Assembly (NCBI GenBank): GCA_051294905.1
Contig: CM119372.1
Coordinates: 34,660,001 to 34,724,000, forward strand
Length of the DNA stretch: 64,000 bases
Reading direction: 5' to 3'
From: Botryllus schlosseri
Taxonomy: Eukaryota
Shown: positions 34,982 through 46,651 of the stretch, one piece after another
Numbering within the stretch: the stretch's first letter is position 1
Layout of the letters: every line of letters begins with the position of its first letter
Notes under the pieces: generated by a model
What the model was told of the DNA's origin: nothing
Seen by the model: the letters and a program-made list of their open reading frames with translations, nothing else
Databases searched by the model: none
Program-made: the position numbers and the translations under genes

Positions 34982-37900
34982 AGTAGTATATATGATCGGT
35001 CGTGGTGTGCGCTTTTTTGCATGGGGTAGTATAGGCGGGGTGGTGAGCGGCTGGGAAAGCGGGGGTGGTGAGCGGCTCTTATTTCTTATGGCGGGGGTGG
35101 TGAGCGGCTATTGCGTCTTATGGCGGGGGTGGTGAGCGGCTCTTATTTCTTATGGCTGGGGTCGTGAGCGGCTGGAAAACCGGGGGTTGTGAGCGGCTTT
35201 TATGTCTTATGGCGGGGGTCGTGAGCGGCTCTTATTTCTTATGGGCGGGGTCGCAAGCGGCTGGGAAACCGGGGGTGGCAAGCGGCTTTTATGTCTTATG
35301 GCGGGGGGTGGCGAGCGGCTATTGTGTCTTGTGGTCGCACTGGCGAGCGGCTCTTATTTCTTATGGGCGCGGCGGCGAGCGGCTATTGCGTTTTATGGCG
35401 GGGGTGACAAGCGGCTATTACGTCTTATGGCATCTCTCGACCGGTGACCCTTTTCGGTATAGGGATCGCTCAACCGGTGTCTCGATCTTATGGCGGGGTC
35501 GCAAGCGGCTCTTATTTCTTATGGCCATTGTGTCTTATGGAGCCTCTCAACCGGTAACCCTTTTCGGTATAGGGATCGTTCGACCGGTGCCGCGAAAACT
35601 CGTCTTGAACCGGTGACCCTTTTCGGTATATGCATCTCTCGACCGGTGTTGAATATGTATCAAGTAAATAGTCATGTGAATGAATCTTTGTTAATGTGTA
35701 TATCGTGAAAACTCGTGGTCGTGACTCGCCTTTTTTACTATAGGTGGTGACGGTGATTCGCCCACCGTGTATTCTTACGGGATCTGTGGTGATTCGCCAT
35801 GTGTTCTTATGGGTGCGCTCGCATTTCGTACTTTCAGGTATAGGTATCTCTCGCATATCGTACTTTCGGGTATGGACATCCCTTAACAGGAAATTCACTA
35901 ATCCGCAGTGCATTGTGCGATTTTGAAAACCAGATCTTGGCGGTTGTATTTTGACCTGTGTGACCCACTAAATACGTCCGTTTTGGAAATTCGGAGCGCG
36001 CACTATCATATCGATTATTCCACTAATCCAGTCGGTGCTATTACATTCAGCAGTATTCGGTATTCAGCAGCGACACGAAAAGCGACCAACAAATAACCGC
36101 GCTCGTAAATTAACACTTCAAAAAGTGTAAAATAGATTGCAAATCCAGCGATCGCTGACAAGATAATGTCTCGGGCATAACCATTTTTAGTGACTTGGTG
36201 TTACAAACATACCGATCGCTCACGCGGTGAAATTTTAGTAATCAGTTTGTCACAGAACTTGATTTCGCTGGTAAGATTTAATAAATACCGACTAACAGAA
36301 CCATCAGTGTGGGTAACTTGAATAGCAACAAATTATCACTTATTTCCGCCCTAACCCTAATCCTTTGTGAGATTACCACATACTCAAATAGATGCGAAAT
36401 AATTGTAAAATCATACAATCTTTTTAGGAATATTACTTGACTTGACCAACTTTCGGCTCTGTTTTCGATTTCCACACAGTCGCTATAAGTTTCCACGCTT
36501 CTAGAATAGGATTGACTTTAGACACGTCATAAGAATCATGGTAATATTCAATCAATGTGTCAATTTACCAACTCGAAATCTCACTCGCGCTACAAGTGAA
36601 GCTGAATTGTTTCCGAATATGATAATTTACCACCGCTCAGCGCCAAACTGACTCTGTATAACAATATTACGCATGCGCGGTATTTCAGAATGGTATAATG
36701 TCATTATCAGCAAATATTTCACAAACTTAATCGTTTACACGAATCAAAGCTAAAGTTGAAACGACAATATCAAGGTTTGAAACCTTACAACTCGATCAGT
36801 GATTTTTTATTCAACTGTAAAATAAGTTAATATTCTGTAAGACACAACAATTATTGCTCGGGTAATGTGACATTGAGATTACCAAATTGTATATTGAGTA
36901 TACGAGATTTGAATGTTTGACTAGTGATAGACTGAAAAATATCTCGCAAGAGAATCCATGTGTTATAATGCAGGCTATCGTGATACAAACAAATTCAATA
37001 CGGTATACCTATTAACCAATCGGCCCCCAACCCGAGATTCGAGTGTTCGATCAGTGCTCGATAAAAATTATTTTCATGTATACCAACTCTTGCGTTGTGG
37101 TGAAGGGTGTTACGATATGAGCAAAGTTTTAATAAACACCATTATCAGCACCCTGATTGAGAAAAAACTTGATTCGTATGTATGAAAAGTGTTTGATTGG
37201 GAATTTATCCATTTCTTACAATCCCGCCACTGTAATGAGGACTGGTATTATATGATTATTAAATAATATTTCACAAACTCAAGCCACTGTTTTTGAGGAA
37301 TGGTATTATATGATTACTAAATAATATTTCACAAACTCAACCCTAATCGTAAGACTTGAGAGAAATCACGTATTCGCTTGATGATAACACGCATGCGACA
37401 AAAAACATCACCGCGATTTTGTAAACTGATCATACTAATCAGGGTATTTACCATCACGCTTCTAGAATAGGATTGACTACTGAAGGTAAATTCAGATAAT
37501 CCAAAATGAAATATCTCAACTTTGACATAGTCTGAATTGAAATAGATTGACAAGCATACCTACCAACTTTAACCCACTCACATTTCGAAATTATGCACAC
37601 ATTGATTTGAAACAAGTAATGTAACATTACAACTCTATTCCCGATCCAGCTTTCCGTTTGTCAATGAGACATTTTAACATCTTACCATACTCAAAAGAAT
37701 TATTCAAAACATTAACAAGTGTTAAAAATCTAGTTTCCACTTACTTGATTATATCAGTACAACTAGCAAACTTGAATTAATTCATCTGGTTGTATTCATA
37801 TGACCGATAATTTTTATCCCACTGTAAAGGTTGTTATACTATTTTACAAGACAAAGTAATTATTCCTCGATATATTTTGGAAGACAAAAGTAATTTCTAC

Positions 37901-39521
37901 TCGGTGTAGGTGGCTTGAGATTAACATACTATGTTTGAGTGTACGAGATTTGCAAGTCTGATCAACGTAGTTGGGAATTCGTTTCTTACAATCGAACGCA
38001 GGCGTTATATTAAGAATTATCATGATGTAAACATAAGGATTGACACATTGATTTGACATATGAGGTTTTGTAACGGTCTATCATGACTTAATTATTAAAT
38101 TATTCACGATAATTAGACCCGGTGTTGTGGTAAAGATTATTATGACAGCAACAAACTTTTCACTACCACGGTTATTACCATATTGAGTTATAAAACTATT
38201 CGTGTATGAAATGTTCTTGATTGGTAAATTATTCCACCTTGGTACAAATCACTCTGCGTATCGCGGATGTCAGAAAATATTTTACATATGTAATTGTTTC
38301 CAGTTACCGAGACTAAAGATGAAACAACAATTTCGTTTACTGATTAACAACCGGCGCAATACTTCATTGTCGGAATCTGCGACTAAGAACTGAAACACAT
38401 ACCCGCATTACCCTGGTGTCAAGATGTGTGAATTGACATACCGCCGCTTGATTAATGCTTAATCCGTTCGCACCATTTCCCACACACTTTGATCATTACA
38501 AAAACAAATTGGAATATGTTTTCTAGACACCTCCTATTCAACTAGGCTTGAGTAATACAGAAAACTCTTAACATTAATAAAATCGAAACATATGCTTCAC
38601 TGAATACTAAAAAATGTGGTTGCATTGATGTTCAATGTTTTATAGTAGTGATCATAAATTATCATTTGAATCTTATAAAATTGTAATCATAAAACCACAC
38701 CACAGGAGGTCATCAAAAGCATATTGCAGGATGTTTGCTCTATGCATCCTAGTTTGGTAAACTGGAATTATTTGTAGAACGCACACCATCAAAGAAAAAC
38801 ACGCAACCACTAACACGATTCCTAGTTGAGATTGAACTCCTAGTCATTTTCTACGCGTGCACAACTATAGGGTCGTTCTTCTGGATACAAGACCTAAAAT
38901 TTTTGAGTTGTCAAAACGACACACATATTTGAAAATATCACTTACTTGGTTAAAGCTAATGCATCGACGGTAACAACCGACACGGATCATTACTATTTAT
39001 TTCATAATCATTTCAACAAAATTACACACACTGTACATTGTTGCTTTTTGCGTGACACGAGAATAAATCAGATCACAACGAACTTAATGTGTATTTTACT
39101 CACTCGTCGCATTATGAATATTGACCAACATCGTTTCAACGTCGTGCATCGTTTTGCCGAATACGAAATATGTTAGTGTAGCAAATGTTTTAGCGTAACA
39201 GAAAACTATTTTCACTTTCTTGACTTTTGAAAACAATACACGCACATTTTGTTTGTGTCAACTATAGTTACTTGTAAGATACGACTGATAATCCCCGCGA
39301 CTCATACAAAAGTATGAAAGATATTTACATCACGCAAAGTACTCGACCTTACACGATATTTTTGGTACTACGAAACTCAAGAATGATTGCCTACGCTTTC
39401 AAAGTAAAGAATGACGAAAAGTGCTGAGTCATCATATGATTGCCGGCACAACAAAACGACTAGTAGATGGAGCCGTAAAAAAAATGTTCCTAACCCTTAG
39501 CACACCAGTGACAAATCGTGC
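34982..39521 (+). repeat. Left inverted arm of element 2 (4540 bp)
   Basis: Reverse complement of 41569-45893. Mirror ORF sums are 81086-81090. About 211 bp extra in the subterminal repeats. Confidence 0.95.
35030..35650 (+). repeat. GC-rich subterminal repeat array of element 2
   Basis: ~30-bp units TCTTATGGCGGGG(G)T(C/G)GTGAGCGGCT..., followed by ACCGGTGACCCTTTTCGGTATAGGGATCG units. Confidence 0.9.
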
Positions 39522-40199
39522 AATGGATATGTTTTGTCGAGTTGTTGTTGAGCGTCAAGTCTTCGTGTTGAACCGTACATTTGAACAGCGCAACCACGAT
39601 CCAATTGTAACCACGAATCTATTTTCATTTTGACACAAACTGTCGCGTACAGAAAAATAAATTTTCTTTCCTCAACACATACTTGTATCCAATCACTTTC
39701 GTCAAACACGCAACTCAATAAAATTGTTTACTTTCTACAACATCAAAACCCCGATTTAGTTGTACATATTGTTGAGAAATATTTTTATTAATCAAAACCA
39801 TCGATTTCTGTTCATGGTGTTAGTGTGTGCATGTCATACCTGTGGGCCCCTCCGTATTAAAATGGACACGACACGACTGAATGTAAGGGGATAGAAGTCT
39901 ATCGCATCGATTTACATGTGGTCTTCGCTACGGTTTCAAAAAACGAATCATCTATTTTGCATTGGTCGAGACCGAGCGAGTCAGTTACATGTATTCACGA
40001 TAATGATTTTGCTTGTCATATGCGAATGATAGGGTTGCTACTCCGACAAATCAAATCAACATACAACAATCTTCTGACGATCATAATAGCAATTTCATTT
40101 TCTGCCCCTTCGTAACTGTATATGCACGAAAAGTATATTGTACAACTCGGCAACTACGTTTAACAAGACCAATCACACTACCATCGTTGAACACAAGAT

Positions 40200-40895
40200 A
40201 CCTACCCAAGTCAAAATATCATACTGGTTTGGACAACTGATGTTTACCTGTGTAAAATTATCATTTTCACTTGGAGGTCAACCGTTACCTGACTAAAATA
40301 CCATTGTCCTTTGGCGATTTATCGTTTACCCCGTGTAACAAACCTTTTTCCCTTGGAAATCTATTTTTTCTCTGGGTAACAAACCTTTTTCACTTGGAAA
40401 TCTATTTTTTTCTCTGGGTAACAAACCTTTTTCACTTGGAAATATATTTTTTCTCTGGGTAACAAACCTTTTTCACTTGGAAATATATTTTTTCCCTGAA
40501 CAACAAACCATTTTCACTTGGAAATAAACTTTTACCTAGAGTAACTAACCATTTTCTTTTGGAAATATATTTCCCCCTAGGTAACAAACCCTTTTCGTTT
40601 GGAAAACTATCATTTACCTGAGTACCAATACCGTTTTCACTTGGAAATCTATCTTTTCCCTGGGTAACAATACCATTTTCGTTTGGAAATCAATCGTTAC
40701 CTAGAGTAACAACCCATTTTGGTCTGGAAATATATTTTTCCCCTGAATAATAAACCATTTTCGTTTGGAAATATATTTTTTCTCTGAGTAACAACACACT
40801 TTTCGTTTGGAAATATATTTTTTCTCTGAGTAACAACATAATTTTCGTTTGGAGATGCGATGTTTACCCAAGTAAAAATACCATTTGAGTTTTGA
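40200..40895 (+). repeat. ~41-bp tandem array in the spacer of element 2 (same unit as in the element 1 arms)
   Basis: GGTAACAAACCTTTTTCACTTGGAAATATATTTTTTCTCTG-type units, roughly 16 copies. Confidence 0.9.
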
Positions 40896-41568
40896 AATCT
40901 GACAACCACACGCATCAATTTGGTATTTGCTGTATTGGTGAAAGTTTGAAATAGATTACAACGAACAGTGACGAAAATATACACGACAATCGGTTTCAGA
41001 GTATACTCACGTCGGTAGCAACACATCTATATCATCGGTTAACCACATGAAATAACAATATAATCTTGTATATCGAAATGTATGCTTTGGAAAATGACGA
41101 ATATTGTGTGTGTGTGTATGTGTCCGGGCTCGTACTTTAGTTTTTGCACAGAGTCTATACATCTGAATAAAACACCACCTCGACTTTGGTACCTGGTTCG
41201 TACATGGATAACACTACTTGTGATTTTTATCACACGTTTACTATATTGTGTCACTCTTTATTGGTCAATACATACCCCACCGTTCAGTCTGAAATCGAAA
41301 ACCCGAGAAAGTATTAACCGGATCCGGATATCAACTCTGAATCAAAAAACCAATGAAACATGTTACACCCTGTGTTTCCATGAAAAAAACAAGACATTAC
41401 ACATCAAGTAAACTTCACGATTGTTCACAAGTATTCGCGTAAACGAGGTGTGTGACATTACATACATCATGGATAACATCATGGCCGACATTACAAGCAT
41501 CATGGATGACAAATTCATGTTCTCAAGTCTCATACATGAACCGACTCTGTACGTTCAATGTGGGGGTA

Positions 41569-44500
41569 GCACGATTTGTCACTGGTGTGCTAAGGGTTAG
41601 GAACATTTTTATTACGGCTCCAGCTACTAGTCGTTTTGTTGTGCCGGCAATCATATGATGACTCAGCACTTTTCGTCATTCTTTACTTTGAAAGCGTAGG
41701 CAATCATTCTTGAGTTTCGCAGTACCAAAAATATCGTGTAAGGTCGAGTACTTTGCGTGATGTAAATATCTTTCATACTTTTGTATGAGTCGCGGGGATT
41801 ATCAGTCGTATCTTACAAGTAACTATAGTTGACACAAACAAAATGTGCGTGTATTGTTTTCAAAAGTCAAGAAAGTGAAAATAGTTTTCTGTTACGCTAA
41901 AACATTTGCTACACTAACATATTTCGTATTCGGCAAAACGATGCACGACGTTGAAACGATGTTGGTCAATATCCATAATGCGACGAGTGAGTAAAATACA
42001 CATTAAGTTCGTTGTGATCTGATTTATTCTCGTGTCACGCAAAAAGCAACAATGTACAGTGTGTGTAATTTTGTTGAAATGATTATGAAATAAATAGTAA
42101 TGATCCGTGTCGGTTGTTACCGTCGATGCATTAGCTTTAACCAAGTAAGTGATATTTTCAAATATGTGTGTCGTTTTGACAACTCAAAAATTTTAGGTCT
42201 TGTATCCAGAAAAACGACCCTATAGTTGTGCACGCGTAGAAAATGACTAGGATTTCAATCTCAACTAGGAATCGTGTTAGTGGTTGCGTGTTTTTCTTTG
42301 ATGGTGTGCGTTCTACAAATAATTCCAGTTTACCAAACTAGGATGCATAGAGCAAACATCCTGCAATATGCTTTTGATGACCTCCTGTGGTGTGGTTTTA
42401 TGATTACAATTTTATAAGATTCAAATGATAATTTATGATCACTACTATAAAACATTGAACATCAATGCAACCACATTTTTTAGTATTCAGTGAAGCATAT
42501 GTTTCGATTTTATTAATGTTAGGAGTTTTCTGTATTACTCAAGCCTAGTTGAATAGGAGGTGTCTAGAAAACATATTCCAATTTGTTTTTGTAATGATCA
42601 AAGTGTGTGGGAAATGGTGCGAACGGATTAAGCATTAATCAAGCGGCGGTATGTCAATTCACACATCTTGACACCAGGGTAATGCGGGTATGTGTTTCAG
42701 TTCTTAGTCGCAGATTCCGACAATGAAGTATTGCGCCGGTTGTTAATCAGTAAACGAAATTGTTGTTTCATCTTTAGTCTCGGTAACTGGAAACAATTAC
42801 ATTTGTAAAATATTTTCTGACATCCGCGATACGCAGAGTGATTTGTACCAAGGTGGAATAATTTACCAATCAAGAACATTTCATACACGAATAGTTTTAT
42901 AACTCAATATGGTAATAACCGTGGTAGTGAAAAGTTGCTGTCATAATAATCTTTACCACAACACCGGGTCTAATTATCGTGAATAATTTAATAATTAAGT
43001 CATGATAGACCGTTACAAAACCTCATATGTCAAATCAATGTGTCAATCCTTATGTTTACATCATGATAATTCTTAATATAACGCCTGCGTTCGATTGTAA
43101 GAAACGAATTCCCAACTACGTTGATCAGACTTGCAAATCTCGTACACTCAAACATAGTATGTTAATCTCAAGCCACCTACACCGAGTAGAAATTACTTTT
43201 GTCTTCCAAAATATATCGAGGAATAATTACTTTGTCTTGTAAAATAGTATAACAACCTTTACAGTGGGATAAAAATTATCGGTCATATGAATACAACCAG
43301 ATGAATTAATTCAAGTTTGCTAGTTGTACTGATATAATCAAGTAAGTGGAAACTAGATTTTTAACACTTGTTAATGTTGTGAATAATTCTTTTGAGTATG
43401 GTAAGATGTTAAAATGTCTCTTTGACAAACGGAAAGCTGGATCGGGAATAGAGTTGTAATGTTACATTACTTGTTTCAAATCAATGTGTGCATAATTTCG
43501 AAATGTGAGTGGGTTAAAGTTGGTAGGTATGCTTGTCAATCTATTTCAATTCAGACTATGTCAAAGTTGAGATATTTCATTTTGGATTATCTGAATTTAC
43601 CTTCAGTAGTCAATCCTATTCTAGAAGCGTGATGGTAAATACCCTGATTAGTATGATCAGTTTACAAAATCGCGGTGATGTTTTTTGTCGCATGCGTGTT
43701 ATCATCAAGCGAATACGTGATTTCTCTCAAGTCTTACGATTAGGGTTGAGTTTGTGAAATATTATTTAGTAATCATATAATACCATTCCTCAAAAACAGT
43801 GGCTTGAGTTTGTGAAATATTATTTAATAATCATATAATACCAGTCCTCATTACAGTGGCGGGATTGTGAGAAATGGATAAATTCCCAATCAAACACTTT
43901 TCATACATACGAATCAAGTTTTTTCTCAATCAGGGTGCTGATAATGGTGTTTATTAAAACTTTGCTCATATCGTAACACCCTTCACCACAACGCAAGAGT
44001 TGGTATACATGAAAATAATTTTTATCGAGCACTGATCGAACACTCGAATCTCGGGTTGGGGGCCGATTGGTTAATAGGTATACCGTATTGAATTTGTTTG
44101 TATCACGATAGCCTGCATTATATCACATGGATTCTCTTGCGAGATATTTTTCAGTCTATCACTAGTCAAACATTCAAATCTCGTATACTCAATATACAAT
44201 TTGGTTATCTCAATGTCACATTACCCGAGCAATAATTGTTGTGTCTTACAGAATATTAACTTATTTTACAGTTGAAAAAAAAATCACTGATCGAGTTGTA
44301 AGGTTTCAAACCTTGATATTGTCGTTTCAACTTTAGCTTTGATTCGTGTAAACGATTAAGTTTGTGAAATATTTGCTGATAATGACATTATACCATTCTG
44401 AAATACCGCGCATGCGTAATATTGTTATACAGAGTCAGTTTGGCGCTGAGCGGTGGTAAATTATCATATTCGGAAACAATTCAGCTTCACTTGTAGCGCG

Positions 44501-45893
44501 AGTGAGATTTCGAGTTGGTAAATTGACACATTGATTGAATATTACCATGATTCTTATGACGTGTCTAAAGTCAATCCTATTCTAGAAGCGTGGAAACTTA
44601 TAGCGACTGTGTGGAAATCGAAAACAGAGCCGAAAGTTGGTCAAGTCAAGTAATATTCCTAAAAAGATTGTATGATTTTACAATTATTTCGCATCTATTT
44701 GAGTATGTGGTAATCTCACAAAGGATTAGGGTTAGGGCGGAAATAAGTGATAATTTGTTGCTATTCAAGTTACCCACACTGATGGTTCTGTTAGTCGGTA
44801 TTTATTAAATCTTACCAGCGAAATCAAGTTCTGTGACAAACTGATTACTAAAATTTCACCGCGTGAGCGATCGGTATGTTTGTAACACCAAGTCACTAAA
44901 AATGGTTATGCCCGAGACATTATCTTGTCAGCGATCGCTGGATTTGCAATCTATTTTACACTTTTTGAAGTGTTAATTTACGAGCGCGGTTATTTGTTGG
45001 TCGCTTTTCGTGTCGCTGCTGAATACCGAATACTGCTGAATGTAATAGCACCGACTGGATTAGTGGAATAATCGATATGATAGTGCGCGCTCCGAATTTC
45101 CAAAACGGACGTATTTAGTGGGTCACACAGGTCAAAATACAACCGCCAACATCTGGTTTTCAAAATCGCACAATGCACTGCGGATTAGTGAATTTCCTGT
45201 TAAGCGATGTCCATACCCGAAAGTACGATATGCGAGAGATACCTATACCTGAAAGTACGACATGCGAGCGCACCCATAAGAACACATGGCGAATCACCAC
45301 AGATCCCGTAAGAATACACGGTGGGCGAATCACCGTCACCACCTATAGTAAAAAAGGCGAGTCACGACCACGAGTTTTCACGATATACACATTAACAAAG
45401 ATTCATTCACATGACTATTTACTTGATACATATTCAACACCGGTCGAGAGATTCATATACCGAAAAGGGTCACCGGTTCAAGACGAGTTTTCGCGGCACC
45501 GGTCGAACGATCCCTATACCGAAAAGGGTTACCGGTTGAGAGGCTCCATAAGACACAATGGCCATAAGAAATAAGAGCCGCTTGCGACCCCGCCACAAGA
45601 TCGAGGCACCGGTTGAGCGATCCCTATACCGAACAGGGTCACCGGTCGAGAGATGCCATAAGACGTAATAGCCGCTTGTCATCCCCACCATAAGACGCAA
45701 TAGCCGCTTGCCACCGCCGCCATAAGAAATAAGAGCCGCTCACCACCCCCGCCATAAGACGCAATAGCCGCTCACCACCCCCGCCATAAGAAATAAGAGC
45801 CGCTCACAACCCCCGCTTTCCCAGCCGCTCACCACCCCGCCTATACTACCCCATGCAAAAAAGCGCACACCACGACCGATCATATATACTACT
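41569..45893 (-). repeat. Right inverted arm of element 2 (4325 bp)
   Basis: Begins gcacgatttgtcactggtgtgc, the reverse complement of the sequence ending at 39521. Confidence 0.95.
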
Positions 45894-46651
45894 CACATTC
45901 CTTCTCCATAGTCGGAGTGGCCCACTGGTTAAAAGATAATCACTCATAAGCAATGTTCCCTCTAATTTTTCAGGAGTCTTCGTGCACTCACCGACTAAGT
46001 GCGCGGTTCCTTGGACAACATTGCGTAACATTTTGAGATCCGAAGCAGAAGAAAATGTGTTGACTAAAAAAAGTTCATCACTTTGACGAGACAGCTAGGG
46101 TTGTTCAAAATTGGGCTGCCGAAGTGATTTTTCGGCCCGGATTTGCGGATGGCCGGTATAGCTGCTGTAAGGTTTTTTCTTGCGGCACGCATTGTATTCG
46201 TAGTGGCCAGAGTAGCCTGCGTCTGGTGGCAGTAGGCAATGAACAAGGTAGCACGAGAAGGTGCTTGGTTCGACTCCGAAACGCTTCTTTTCTCGATATT
46301 GTCAAAGAGATGAATATTATTAGAGTTGGCGTGGTCGGTTAAACCCACGGCCTTCGGCGCGAAAGACTGTAAACGACTCTCGGCGGTAGCACGTTTATCT
46401 GGACAATGCAATTTTACCTCGACTCAGCAGACTCACTACCATAAAATCTCATGGATGCCATGATGAAGTTAATTAATTACGATCAAAACCCTCTAAATGT
46501 CACTTTCTAGCACCAAATAATTGCAAAAAACGGTTGCATACGTTACATTTTGGCTTCATTTCAACTTTGAAAGTTCACCGGTCCGCCAGACATTTTTTGA
46601 AATTTTACCGGTCCGCGAGGTGAAAAAGGTTGAGAACCACTGGATAGATTA

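Larger units (their letters stand above)
34982..45893. mobile_element. Giant palindromic non-autonomous Polinton/Maverick-like element 2 (10,912 bp)
   Basis: Starts AGTAGTATATATGATCGGTCGTGG and ends CCACGACCGATCATATATACTACT. Perfect 6-bp TSD CACATT at 34976-34981 and 45894-45899. Homologous and broadly collinear with element 1. No long ORF. Confidence 0.85.

Noticed and set aside
35152..35616. 154-aa Gly-rich ORF and overlapping ORFs
   Set aside because: They arise from the GC-rich subterminal tandem repeats, whose copy number differs between the arms.
10781..45893. Autonomous Polinton or intact endogenous virus
   Set aside because: No ORF long enough for pPolB, integrase, packaging ATPase, protease or capsid, and no motifs of these recognised.
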